64,000 bases of DNA, from assembly GCA_965198115.1 (NCBI GenBank), contig OZ240241.1:6240001-6304000 (forward strand), given 5' to 3'. A program made the translations under genes and the position numbers. Below, piece by piece: positions 31,780 through 42,171 of this stretch (its first letter is position 1; the number at the start of each line of letters is the position of its first letter). The DNA comes from Candidatus Latescibacterota bacterium (lineage in GTDB: Bacteria > Latescibacterota > UBA2968). Under the pieces are notes generated by a model. The model had not been told where the DNA came from and made no database searches. It was given only the letters and a program-made list of their open reading frames with translations.

Positions 31780-33450
31780 GTGCCGAGTTCTCGGGGAGTA
31801 GTTCTCCGGTTTTCCTTCCTTTTGATCCTGGTTGGATGTCAGCCAGGCGTCGAAACGCTTCTTGGCGAAACCTACGATCAGTTCGTCGGGAGAGATGCGC
31901 CTCCTGTCGTGGGTCTGAGATACGCCACGCATCGGTTCATTCAGACCGATGCGGAAGTGCCATTCGAAGAGACCGGCGAGTTTCTCGAGTGGGTGAGTTT
32001 AACCGATGGGGGCCGTCGCTCATGGAGGGTTCGAACGGAGTCATCGCGACGTCTGGTGGGATGGGCTGTGGTCGGTTTAGTTATCGGGACGAGGTTTCGT
32101 TCGAAAACTTCATCCAGACCCAGTGCTTTATCGCTGTCGACGCGATCGGACCGCCGGGGGCGGATCCATTGGAAATGGACCTCGAAAGTCTGTTGACGGG
32201 TGGTTCTGGTGGAGACGCGAACTACCTCGCCCAGGGGGAGAATTCGTTTTACGGGATCAGTCAGTCGGATGGCCGCGTCGTGCTGTGGCCGACGCGTCAA
32301 CGCCTCCCTCGGCCGATGCTTCGAGTCGTCGATGCCTTCGCAGAGGATGCGTTTTCCGCGATGGGGACGGACGAAATCGCGTGGCTCCGTCGTATACGTC
32401 TGACGACTTATACGGGACGATTGCTCGCCCCGTCCTGGCTCGTCCTCGTAGGTGGGCCCCTACGGGATTTCTCGATTCTCGACGATGGTTCGGTGGGCGC
32501 CACGCTCCCCGAATGCGGATCTCCGACGATCGAGGGAATCGAGTGCACGGATGCGGCCGACGTCATCCGGACAGGCGATGTGCTGGTTCTATCTCCAGAG
32601 GGACCATCGAATGAGGTCTTGCGAAATTTGGTGACGTCAGAGAGAGATGTCGTCGATCTCTTCGTCGCCTCGCACCAGATTGTTCAATGGTCCTCGATCG
32701 ACAGCCTTTCGACGCCGTCGGAAATCCAGGAGATTGTGCTTCAACGCCTGTCGACGATGCAGCTGATTGATCGTTACCTTCGTTTCTTCGACGATCTCTA
32801 TGGCATTCGGGCGAAGGACGTGCGAGTAGCGATCCGGCCGGGGTTTATGGCACAGATCGGCGGTCTGTTCTGTTTGCCTGAGGATCGCCCCGTGTGTCAG
32901 GAGATCGAGGCTGAGGTTCGCTCCGCCGAGCTGAGGATCGTGGAGGGTTGGCGTGAGGATGGGTTCGATCCGTGGGTTTCCTACTTTCTTCGATACGATG
33001 AATCTGGAAACTCGCTCCCGTTCTCCGATCAGGCCCCCGCCATCGATCTCTTCGACGGTATCGTGCTCGATGTAAACACGAATGCGAGTCCTCCCGGCAC
33101 ACCAGAGTTCATCACTGATGCGCTCCCGAACGCCATCGCGGGCATCGCGGAAGAGGTTGGGTCGATGCGGATCATCGTCAGTCCGTGGGCGGGACCGATG
33201 GATTTCTACACGGAGGGTGGGTTCTGTGAAGGAGAGATCTGTCGATCCGCTTTTGAAGACTACTACAGGATGAACGAAGCGCTCTTTCATCAGGCATTGG
33301 CGTCCTTTCCGCTCGAGCAGATCGACAGCTTCGTCATCCCCCTCGTCGACGGTGGTCACTTCGACATCCGAAACCCACGAGGGCGGTGTGAACCGCGTTG
33401 GGGAAACAGGATTCAACAATCCGCTTCTGAACATCTATCTCACCCAATGA
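31780..33450 (+). CDS. Hypothetical lipoprotein (~550 aa, two probable frameshifts)
   Basis: RBS GAGGA, GTG 31780, hydrophobic stretch and LVGC lipobox; long acidic ORF follows in another frame. Confidence 0.55.
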
Positions 33451-33471
33451 CCTCGACGTCAGGAGTCTGGC

Positions 33472-34566
33472 ATGAAATCTGTTGTCATTGAAGGCACGAA
33501 CAATCAGGTCCGTATCGATGAAGTCGAACTCGATGATCTACGGGAGGATGAAGTCCGTGTGAAGATGGGAGCCAGTGGCGTGTGTCACAGCGACTATTCC
33601 ATCATCGACGGAACGATCCCTGTAACGTATCCGATTGTGCTTGGACACGAGGGTGCTGGCGTCGTGGAAGAGGTGGGGCAACACGTGACAACTCTGAAAC
33701 CGGGCGATCACGTAGTCCTCACTTACATTCCGCAGTGCGGGAAGTGCTTCTACTGCACGACGGGGAAACCCAATCTGTGTGAAACGACGAGCTACACGCG
33801 AACGGGTGCGCTGCCAAACGGGCACGTGCCGATGAAACGGGGTGGTGAGCCGATCATCCAGATGGCGGGCATTGGGACGATGAGCGAATACACGATCGTG
33901 CACGAAACGAGTGCCATCGCGATCGATCCGGAGATTCCACTCGACAAAGTCGCATTGGTCGGATGCGGTGTGATGACCGGTGTCGGCGCAGCCATCAATA
34001 CCGCGCAGGTCGAGCCGGGCTCGTCGGTTGCCGTCTTCGGCTCTGGAGGGATCGGGTTGAACGTGATTCAAGGATCGGCTATGAGTGCCGCCAACACGAT
34101 AATCGCGGTCGATACGAATCCACTGAAACTGGATTTCGCGCTCCGATTCGGCGCGACACACACGGTCGACGCGAGCGAAGAGGATCCGGTGGAACGGATT
34201 CGTGAGATTACGGGAGGACGTGGGGCGGATTACACGTTCGAGGCGATCGGGAACGCAAGGGTCATGCAGCAGGCCTTCGAGAGCGCCCGACGCGCGGGGA
34301 CCGTGACCGTCATCGGCCTGGCGAAGGCGGACGATGAGCTGGCCATTTCAGCCTCGATGCTCGTTCGCGACGAAAAGCGCGTCCTCGGTTCGTTCTACGG
34401 CTCCACACGGCAGAGGGTGGACCTGCCCCGACTCTTGGATCTTTACCAGTCGGGCAACCTCAACCTGGATGGGCTGATTACACAGCGGTATTCGATCGAT
34501 GATGCTCAACAAGCGTTCGATGATCTTGTTGCGGGGAAAAATGCGCGAGGCGTGTTGGTTTTCTAG
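33472..34566 (+). CDS. Zn-dependent alcohol dehydrogenase (class III-like)
   Basis: GVCHSD, LGHEGAG, CGKCFYC..C, GCGVMTGVGA. Confidence 0.93.
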   Translation: MKSVVIEGTNNQVRIDEVELDDLREDEVRVKMGASGVCHSDYSIIDGTIPVTYPIVLGHEGAGVVEEVGQHVTTLKPGDHVVLTYIPQCGKCFYCTTGKPNLCETTSYTRTGALPNGHVPMKRGGEPIIQMAGIGTMSEYTIVHETSAIAIDPEIPLDKVALVGCGVMTGVGAAINTAQVEPGSSVAVFGSGGIGLNVIQGSAMSAANTIIAVDTNPLKLDFALRFGATHTVDASEEDPVERIREITGGRGADYTFEAIGNARVMQQAFESARRAGTVTVIGLAKADDELAISASMLVRDEKRVLGSFYGSTRQRVDLPRLLDLYQSGNLNLDGLITQRYSIDDAQQAFDDLVAGKNARGVLVF

Positions 34567-34676
34567 TCTCGGGCAGGAAGAGTTCTGTTCCTTAAGAATG
34601 TTGCGGGAGAGCAGGGGGGCAGGGAGATCCGTTCAGCGGGGCCAACGGTCCGCGATAGAGTGACGGAGCACGAGCG

Positions 34677-35234
34677 ATGTCCACCGATATCATCCTGATC
34701 GGACCCATCGGTGCGGGCAAGAGCACCCAGGGCAAACTTCTGTCCGAGAAACTCGGATTGCCGCGTCAGCCTCTGGATGATCATCGATGGGATTACTACA
34801 AGGAAATTGGTTACGACAACGACTTCGCAGATAAGCTGCAGAAGGTAGGCGGTTTCTGGGCGAAATATATGTATTGGAAAACGTTCGAGATTCATGCGGT
34901 TGAGAGGATTCTATCGGAACACTGCGACTGCGTGATCGATTTCGGAGCAGGCCATTCGGTCTACGAGATCGACACGCACTTTGCTCGTGTGGAAAGAGCA
35001 CTGTCACCGTATGAGAACGTCGTGCTGCTTCTGCCGTCGCCAGATCTGGACGAGTCGATCCTGATCCTGAACGGAGAGCCTCAGAACGAGGAGGACAAAG
35101 AGGAGTGTGACGTCAACTCACACTTCGTGAGGCACCACTCGAACTACGATCTGGCGAAGCACACGGTTTACACGAAGGGACGGACGCCGGAAGAGACGCG
35201 GCATGAGATCATCGAGAGGACTGGGGTAGGATAG
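34677..35234 (+). CDS. P-loop kinase, shikimate kinase-like
   Basis: LIGPIGAGKST, VIDFGAG. Confidence 0.8.
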   Translation: MSTDIILIGPIGAGKSTQGKLLSEKLGLPRQPLDDHRWDYYKEIGYDNDFADKLQKVGGFWAKYMYWKTFEIHAVERILSEHCDCVIDFGAGHSVYEIDTHFARVERALSPYENVVLLLPSPDLDESILILNGEPQNEEDKEECDVNSHFVRHHSNYDLAKHTVYTKGRTPEETRHEIIERTGVG

Positions 35235-35262
35235 GATAGCAGGGGCAGGGAGCAGAGGAAAT

Positions 35263-36297
35263 TCAGCTTGATAACACGTCCTGATCCAGCGTGATGGCAT
35301 AGATGGAGCAGGCGCCCTTTCGTCGTCCGTGGTAGAAGGTGCACCACAAGCGATCGTTCTCTAGCGGGATCATCCAGGGGTAGCCGAAGTCGTCGTTCTC
35401 GGCGTCATCGGGGAACTCGATGATCGTTTGTCCCTGCTTCCAGGACGAACTGTCGAGGTCGGCGGACCAGGCGATGATGCGACCGGGCGCGTTGCCAGGT
35501 TCCGTCCGTTCGGTGACGAGCGAGACCAGACGGTCTCCGACTTTGAAAAGCGTAGGGCAGGGGAGTCGCGAATCTGGAGCCGATGCGGTGATGGGCGACT
35601 CTTTGACCTGCCAATCCATTCGACGTCGGTTTGCCGTGATCTGTTCGTAGCGATCGGTGTTCGGTCGTGCGAGGCCGATGATGTCTTCATCGACGGCGAC
35701 GAAGGCAGGTTCGACCAGGCGACGGTCGGTGACCTTCTCCGGCGCCTTCCAATGCAACCCATCCTCGCTGAACGACATCCACACACCTTGCGTATCCGGG
35801 TACGAACCCTCGCGATAGTGTCCGGCTACTGCGTAGCCCCGTCCTTCAACACGAAAGATGTGTCCGTAGACGGAGCCGGTACGTCCGGCGGCCAGTACGG
35901 ATACGTTGACCTCTTGCCACGATGCGGCCTGGTCGATCGAGACCCAGCCGAAAATGCTGTTGGCGTCATCACCCCGATAGGCCATCGCCACCAGGATGAT
36001 GGCATCGTCTGTCGTAACGCCGATGGCCAGGTTGCCACAGTGGGTGTAGTCGTCGCCGGCCGAGAACTCCTCGACGATCCGTGGATCGGAGAATGTCTGT
36101 CCTTCGTCGGACGATACGGCGACGGCCGGGCATCCCTCACCGTGGGCGCCGTGGAAGCGACCTGCGCTGAAGGTGAGGACGATCGTCCCCTGTTTGGTGC
36201 GTGCGACCTTTGGCCACGCGAGATGGGCGTGCCGGTCATCGTCGATGGGCGATAGGACGACCTGGGGATCGCCGAAACGACTCGTAGGTGTCGCCAT
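35263..36297 (-). CDS. Sialidase/BNR-repeat protein
   Basis: Asp-boxes SSDEGQTF, SIDQAASW, SEDGLHW; HLAWP and FGYP. Confidence 0.75.
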   Translation of the reverse strand: MATPTSRFGDPQVVLSPIDDDRHAHLAWPKVARTKQGTIVLTFSAGRFHGAHGEGCPAVAVSSDEGQTFSDPRIVEEFSAGDDYTHCGNLAIGVTTDDAIILVAMAYRGDDANSIFGWVSIDQAASWQEVNVSVLAAGRTGSVYGHIFRVEGRGYAVAGHYREGSYPDTQGVWMSFSEDGLHWKAPEKVTDRRLVEPAFVAVDEDIIGLARPNTDRYEQITANRRRMDWQVKESPITASAPDSRLPCPTLFKVGDRLVSLVTERTEPGNAPGRIIAWSADLDSSSWKQGQTIIEFPDDAENDDFGYPWMIPLENDRLWCTFYHGRRKGACSIYAITLDQDVLSS

Positions 36298-36299
36298 AG

Positions 36300-36626
36300 C
36301 TACTGTGGAGGTGACGCGATGTGGAGTCCAACGACGCCGATGATGATGAGCGCGATGGACGCGAGCTTCAGGGCGGAGACGGATTCGTGGAAGTAGAAGA
36401 TGCCGACGCCCGCTATGAGGGCTGTTCCGAGACCTGACCAGACAGTGTAGACGAGCGAGACTTCGAGAGTCTTGACGGCCAGGACCATGAATCCGAGTGA
36501 AATCAGATAGAAAACGCCGACGAGCACGGTTGGAACGGGACGCATGAAACCGTGGGACAGCTTCATACATACGGTCCCCACGACCTCGAGCACGATCGCG
36601 AGCGACAGGTAGACCCAGGCTCTCAC
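36300..36626 (-). CDS. SMR family multidrug efflux transporter
   Basis: WVYLSLAIVLEVVGT..MKLS.G, YTVWSGLGT. Confidence 0.9.
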   Translation of the reverse strand: MRAWVYLSLAIVLEVVGTVCMKLSHGFMRPVPTVLVGVFYLISLGFMVLAVKTLEVSLVYTVWSGLGTALIAGVGIFYFHESVSALKLASIALIIIGVVGLHIASPPQ

Positions 36627-36782
36627 GACATCGAATATAGAACATCGATCATTGTGAATGTGGTTATATCGTCCGCGAACTCCCTGATGCGGGGGAGTTG
36701 CGTGGATTGCTGAGAACGACAGCGGAATATATACTGACACTCTGAATCGCAAGTCCGCAGAAGGCATCGATGGAGACGCAAG

Positions 36783-38870
36783 ATGAGCGGCAAAACATTC
36801 TTCCTGGTTGTGCTGGTTACTGTGATCGGAGGACGAATCGTGCAAGCGACTGAAGACGATCCCTTTCTCTGGCTGGAAGAGGTCGAGGATGAGAAGGCGT
36901 TGTCGTGGGCTCGGGATCAAAACGCGAAATCCACCGAAGCTCTCGAGAGTCACAACCAGTTCGAATCGATCCATGATCGGTTGCTGGAGATTTACAACTC
37001 GGATGACCGGATCCCGGGTGCCTCCTTCCGTGGACCGTTTGTTTACAACTTCTGGCAGGACGAAGAGAATGAGCGAGGCCTTTGGCGACGGACCACGCTC
37101 GACGACTACAAGAAAGACGATCCCTCCTGGGAGACGATGGTCGATGTCGACTCTCTGTCGAAAGCGGAAGATGAGGACTGGGTGTTCAAGGGTACGACTT
37201 ACCTGGAGCCCGATTTCGAACGAGTTATTCTGAGACTTTCTCGGGGTGGGGCTGACGCCGTGGTGATGCGTGAGTTCGATACGGTCAAAAAGGGCTTTGT
37301 CGAGGATGGTTTCCAACTGGAGGAAGCGAAAGGGAGTGTCTCCTGGAAGGACGAGCATACGCTCTACGTGGGCACGGATTTCGGAGAAGAGTCAATGACG
37401 GAATCCGGATATCCCCGGATCACGAAGGTCTGGAAACGGGGTCAATCGCTTGAAGAGGCAAAGATCCTGTTCGATGGAGAGAAAACGGATGTGGGGGTCT
37501 GGCCGAGCGTGTTGGTCACTCCCGACCGTCGATACGAGTTCGTAAGTCGTTCGATCGAGTTCTACAAGACGGAGGAATATGCGATCGTCGACGGGCAAAC
37601 GATCCGGATCGACATTCCGCTCGACGCTAATCTGGTCACCATTTTCAAGAACCAGATGATTGTCCGACTGAAGTCGGACTGGAAAGTGGACGGAGCAACC
37701 CTTCCGCAAGGCTCGTTGATCGCAATGGACTATGATCGATTCCTTAAAGGAGATCGGGATTTCACGGTCCTCGTCGAGCCTGATGAACGGAGTTCGATCG
37801 AAGATATCGGCCGCACTCGCGACCTGTTGCTCGTCAATATGCTGGCGAACGTGAGGGGGGAGCTCTTCGAGTACGTGTTCGAGGATGGAACCTGGTCGCA
37901 ACACCGCGTCAATGCACCGCAGAATGGGACGATCCGACTAGGAGGACAGGATGAGTTTACCAACAGGTACCTGTTCTACTTCGAGGGCTTCGTGCAGCCC
38001 CAAAGTCTCTATTTCGTGGAAGAGGGTAAGACCGATCCCATTCTTCTGAAGAGCCTCCCTGCGTTTTTCGACGCGACAGGACAGAAGGTGGAGCAATTGG
38101 AGGTCGCTTCGAAGGACGGAACGATGATTTCCTATTTCGTCGTTCGAAGTGAAGATGCGGAAGGCCCGGCTCCTGCCCTGCTCTACGGGTATGGAGGATT
38201 TGAAATCTCCATCAAGCCGTCTTATCTGTCTGCCTCCGGGAGCGCCTGGCTGGAGAAGGGCGGTGTCTTTGTGACAGCGAACATCCGTGGGGGTGGAGAG
38301 TTCGGCCCCAGGTGGCACGTGTCCGCGTTGAAAGAAAACCGACAACTCTGTTACGATGATTTTCACGCCGTGGCCGAGGATCTCGCTAACCGGGGCATCA
38401 CGACTCCACGACAGCTGGGCATCAAGGGAGGCAGCAACGGCGGATTGCTCGTGGGGGTGGCGTTTACACAGCGGCCGGACCTTTACGGCGCTGTCGTGTG
38501 TGCAGTTCCTTTGCTGGATATGAAGCGATATAACCAACTTCTGGCCGGCGCGAGCTGGATGGCGGAGTATGGGAATCCGGACATCCCTGAGGAGTGGGAG
38601 TACATCAAGGAATACTCACCGTATCACAATCTGGATGCGGATGCGAACTATCCCCGTGTGTTCTTCTATACGTCGACGAGGGATGACCGGGTGCACCCGG
38701 GCCACGCCAGGAAGATGGTCGCCCGGATGCAGGAGATGGGTCACGAGGTACTCTATTACGAGAACATCGAGGGTGGGCACGCCGCGGCAACGACGAACGA
38801 CCAAAGGGCGTACATCGATGCGCTGCAGTTTGCGTATTTGTGGGGAGAGTTGGGTGGGGCGGGTGATTGA
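36783..38870 (+). CDS. Prolyl oligopeptidase (S9A), secreted
   Basis: DPFLWLEE, YGYGGF, RGGGEFG, GGSNGG, DDRVHP, GGH. Confidence 0.95.
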   Translation: MSGKTFFLVVLVTVIGGRIVQATEDDPFLWLEEVEDEKALSWARDQNAKSTEALESHNQFESIHDRLLEIYNSDDRIPGASFRGPFVYNFWQDEENERGLWRRTTLDDYKKDDPSWETMVDVDSLSKAEDEDWVFKGTTYLEPDFERVILRLSRGGADAVVMREFDTVKKGFVEDGFQLEEAKGSVSWKDEHTLYVGTDFGEESMTESGYPRITKVWKRGQSLEEAKILFDGEKTDVGVWPSVLVTPDRRYEFVSRSIEFYKTEEYAIVDGQTIRIDIPLDANLVTIFKNQMIVRLKSDWKVDGATLPQGSLIAMDYDRFLKGDRDFTVLVEPDERSSIEDIGRTRDLLLVNMLANVRGELFEYVFEDGTWSQHRVNAPQNGTIRLGGQDEFTNRYLFYFEGFVQPQSLYFVEEGKTDPILLKSLPAFFDATGQKVEQLEVASKDGTMISYFVVRSEDAEGPAPALLYGYGGFEISIKPSYLSASGSAWLEKGGVFVTANIRGGGEFGPRWHVSALKENRQLCYDDFHAVAEDLANRGITTPRQLGIKGGSNGGLLVGVAFTQRPDLYGAVVCAVPLLDMKRYNQLLAGASWMAEYGNPDIPEEWEYIKEYSPYHNLDADANYPRVFFYTSTRDDRVHPGHARKMVARMQEMGHEVLYYENIEGGHAAATTNDQRAYIDALQFAYLWGELGGAGD

Positions 38871-38892
38871 GTCGAGGCAACGACACCCCGGG

Positions 38893-38943
38893 GCGTGGGG
38901 CTGAAGCCCCACGCTAAGGCAGCAAAGCCCGCTAAAGCGGGCT
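38893..38943. repeat. REP-like palindromes between convergent genes
   Basis: GCGTGGGGCTGAAGCCCCACGC and AGCCCGCTAAAGCGGGCT. Confidence 0.6.
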
Positions 38944-38987
38944 GAAGATAAACAGACCTAGCCGGATGACAAGACCTCCGTAGGACT

Positions 38988-39856
38988 TCAGTCGTTCAGT
39001 TTCGCGATGGCTGCCAGGTCGGCTTTCGATAACAGCGGTCGCTTGCACGCGTTGATGTTCTTCGCCACCTCTGAGGGCCGCATAATGCCGACGATCACAG
39101 AAGAAACTTCGTCGTGGGCGAGGGAGAACTTGATGGCGGCGTCGGTCAAGGGACGACCTTTGCGAGCGAGGAATCGATACGGATGGATGGCTGCGCTTTT
39201 ACCCTTCTGGAACAACCTTCCGCTGGCGAACGGTGATCGTGCGAGGATGCCGACCTTGTTTTGCGGGCCAGAGGGAAGAGCTCTTGCAAGGGCTGTTGAG
39301 TCAGGAGATTGAACGGTGTCTCGATGACTTCGGCGCCTTGCCTGATGCATTCGACCGCACCGGCTGCGCCCACCGAGGCACCAAATCGTCGGATCTTGCC
39401 CTGTTCCTTGAGTTTCCTGAGCGCATTCCACGTCGAATCCCTGCGAATGACATCGATCGGCGGATCGTGCAGCAGGTAGACGTCGATGTAATCCGTTTCG
39501 AGTCGCCAGAGACTCATTTCACACGCTTCACGTAAATAGCGCGGTGTGTGTCGCTGGGCCTGCCGGTCGTAGAGCCGTTGTGCGCCGTCGGCTCCAGGGA
39601 GGTATCCGGCTTTTGAGATGATGGTAACCTTCTTGCGTCGGTCGTTGAATGCACGACCGATGATAGCCTCACTTCGACCGTTCCCGTAGACATCGGCGGT
39701 GTCGAAGGTCGTGAACCCTGCGTCGAACGCTCGGTTGAGGAGTTTTCGCGCTGCAAACTGATCGATCGGTCCCCAGAACAGGCCGCCGATTTCCCAACAG
39801 CCCATCGTCAGTTCTGTGACGGTAATCCGTGTCTTTCCAAGTCTTCGCGTTTTCAC
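38988..39856 (-). CDS. Aldo/keto reductase (frameshift near 39270)
   Basis: FDTADVYGNGRSE, LETDYIDVYLLH, ARSPFASG. Confidence 0.88.
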
Positions 39857-39871
39857 GGTCGAAACTCCTTC

Positions 39872-40999
39872 CTACGTCAGTGCTTTCCTCACTCGGTCGA
39901 TGACGAAGTCCACTTCATCCTCAATTAGATGGGCGACGGCGATGCGTAATCGATTCCCGGTCGCCCGTGCCCAGATCGATGGATCACCAGCCTTGAGTTC
40001 TTCGACGACCTGAGCCGCTGTTTTTCCGAGTCCCTCTTCGTCGATCGTGAGCATCGCGCCGTTGCTCAAGCTGTTGTCTTCGACGTGGCGTGTAATGCTG
40101 AGATGGGGCACGTTTTCGAGTGAGGTTGCGATGTGGTCGGCCTTGCGCCAATGATCGGCGATGCGTGCGTCGTGGTCCATCGACAGCCATTCCTTGAGGG
40201 CGACGACGACGGCGACGACTTCCTGACGGTCGAGCTTGAGCGGTCGGCCAACGGTTTCGAGATCGCCGGTTTCGAAACCGATGAAGCTGTGGGCGTAAGC
40301 TGCTTCGACAAGCTCTTTGCTGCCGCACAGGATGCCGGTCGAGTTGCAGGCACCGATGTACTTTGCGCCGAAGCCGATGAGGGCGTTCGGGGTCTGCGCG
40401 TAGTCCTTCATCAGGTCGAGCGGGTAGACTTGGTAGGCGGCGTCGATCGTGACGGGCAGGTTGTGACGTCCGGCGATGGTGAGCAGGCTGTCGAGGCCCT
40501 GAATGTCGTCTTCCGGGTCGCCCCAGGCATAGTAGTGGATACCCGCCGTCTGTTCGGTAATCGAATCTTCGAGCTGCTCTACGGTCGTACCGTTCTGATT
40601 CCCGACCATTATGACGTGGCCGCCGAAAATGGTCAGACAGCGCTGGTAGTGATACTTCTGACGCGCCTGGAACAAAAACTGGTTGGGAATCCCATTTGTG
40701 TGCGGAAGCTGCTCCATTCGCTCTGCGCTGCCGACGGACATACAGGCTGCAGCGGAGAGGGCAATGGCGGCGCCGCACCCAGGGGTGACGAAGGCGGCTT
40801 CCGTTTCGAGGAGGTCGGCGATGATCTCTCCCGTACTGTGAAAGAGCTCGTCCATCGAGACGTAATACCGGCTGGCGTCAGCCATCGCTTCCTGCACGAC
40901 GGGAGATGGACGTGAGCCACCGATGACGGTCTGGTTGCCCGCGGCGTTGATGACGGGGGTTGCGCCGAGGTCGCGGTAGAGCTGTGCGTGATCTTTCAT
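39872..40999 (-). CDS. SelA-like/DgaE-type PLP-dependent enzyme
   Basis: VINAAG..T..GGS, IDAA, FGAKYIG, VGRPLK. Confidence 0.85.
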   Translation of the reverse strand: MKDHAQLYRDLGATPVINAAGNQTVIGGSRPSPVVQEAMADASRYYVSMDELFHSTGEIIADLLETEAAFVTPGCGAAIALSAAACMSVGSAERMEQLPHTNGIPNQFLFQARQKYHYQRCLTIFGGHVIMVGNQNGTTVEQLEDSITEQTAGIHYYAWGDPEDDIQGLDSLLTIAGRHNLPVTIDAAYQVYPLDLMKDYAQTPNALIGFGAKYIGACNSTGILCGSKELVEAAYAHSFIGFETGDLETVGRPLKLDRQEVVAVVVALKEWLSMDHDARIADHWRKADHIATSLENVPHLSITRHVEDNSLSNGAMLTIDEEGLGKTAAQVVEELKAGDPSIWARATGNRLRIAVAHLIEDEVDFVIDRVRKALT

Positions 41000-41018
41000 T
41001 CATTCGCTCCGAGAGTGG

Positions 41019-41083
41019 GAACCACAGAACACACAGAGCACACGGAGGGGGCGGACAAGCCCTGGCACCGAGGCCCTATCGGG
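41019..41083 (-). repeat. ~65-bp upstream element, copy 3
   Basis: GAACCACAGAACACACAGAGCACACGGAGGGGG...CGAGGCCCTATCGGG. Confidence 0.8.
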
Positions 41084-41124
41084 AATGAGATCGGGGTGGA
41101 TCTGTACTTTCTGATGGCTGGACA

Positions 41125-42057
41125 TCATAGGACCAGGAAGGCTGCGCCGATGGAGCCGGCGTTGTTGCCGAGTCTGGCGAGGCCGATGGTGGTGGATTCG
41201 AATAGACCTTCGAGTGTGTTGATCTTCGTTGAAGCGATGATCGGTTCGAGCAACAGGTCGCCGGCTGCGCTGATGCCGCCGCCGATGGCGACGACGTCGG
41301 GGCTGAGGACGTGGAGCAGGTTGGCGACGGCGATGCCGATGTAAGCGGCGACGTGGTTGACCGTTGCGAGCGCGAGTGCGTCGCCCTTCGCGGCTGCGTC
41401 GCAGATGGCTTTGGGAGTGAGCGTCTCGACACGGGCGAGTGCGCTTTCCTCACCGGCATCCAGACGACGTTGGGCTTCGCTGATCATCCCCTTGGCCGCG
41501 CTAAGAGCCTCGAGACAGCCTTGCTTGCCACAGCCGCACAGGGGGCCGTCGGGAACGATGGTCATATGACCGACCTCACCGGCCGAGTGAGAGGCGCCGT
41601 GATGAATGGCACCGTCGATGACGACACCGCCGCCGATTCCCGTTCCGAGCGTCATGAGTACAAGGGATTGACGGCCGGCGCCGATGCCGGCCTTCGCTTC
41701 TGCGAGGGCGGCAACGTTGGCGTCGTTGTCGACCTCCACTGAGAGATCGGGGAAACGTTCGCTCAGTTCCTGTTTGATGGGAACGTAATTCCAATCGAGG
41801 TTGGGTGCGATGACGACAGTGCCATCGGCACGAGTGACGCCGGGCACACCGACACCAATGCCGACCGCTTCGCGGAGTGTGGCGCTATGGTCCGTACACA
41901 GTTGATCTGCGAGAGCGACGATCCGATCAGCGACGGCCGATGGGCCCTCCGAGGCCTGGGTAGGGATACTCCTCTGGCGGAGGACCTCGCCTTCCGGGGA
42001 GACGATGGCCCCTTTGGTATCGGTACCGCCGAGGTCGATGCCTATCGCGAAAGACAT
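41125..42057 (-). CDS. ROK family sugar kinase (glucokinase-like)
   Basis: GIDLGGT, NDANVAALAE, GTGIGGG, GEVGH, CGCG..GCLE. Confidence 0.93.
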   Translation of the reverse strand: MSFAIGIDLGGTDTKGAIVSPEGEVLRQRSIPTQASEGPSAVADRIVALADQLCTDHSATLREAVGIGVGVPGVTRADGTVVIAPNLDWNYVPIKQELSERFPDLSVEVDNDANVAALAEAKAGIGAGRQSLVLMTLGTGIGGGVVIDGAIHHGASHSAGEVGHMTIVPDGPLCGCGKQGCLEALSAAKGMISEAQRRLDAGEESALARVETLTPKAICDAAAKGDALALATVNHVAAYIGIAVANLLHVLSPDVVAIGGGISAAGDLLLEPIIASTKINTLEGLFESTTIGLARLGNNAGSIGAAFLVL

Positions 42058-42061
42058 TTTG

Positions 42062-42126
42062 GAACCACAGAACACACAGAGCACACGGAGGGGGTGGTGG
42101 TCCGGAGCATCCAGGCCCTATTCGGG
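42062..42126 (-). repeat. ~65-bp upstream element, copy 4
   Basis: First 33 bp identical to copy 3; ends GCATCCAGGCCCTATTCGGG. Confidence 0.8.
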
Positions 42127-42171
42127 AAGGATCTCCGAGGTAGGTCCGAAGTGCGTACGGGCAGAGTGAGA

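Noticed and set aside
36300-37358. 352-aa ORF as an SMR fusion protein
   Set aside because: Only the last ~108 aa are SMR; the rest is antisense to the prolyl oligopeptidase
39872-40999. Selenocysteine synthase selA, with TGA 19570 as a Sec codon
   Set aside because: The protein is the short SelA-like type with no selB/selC/selD nearby; the TGA sits at a conserved Trp (IDWQ)
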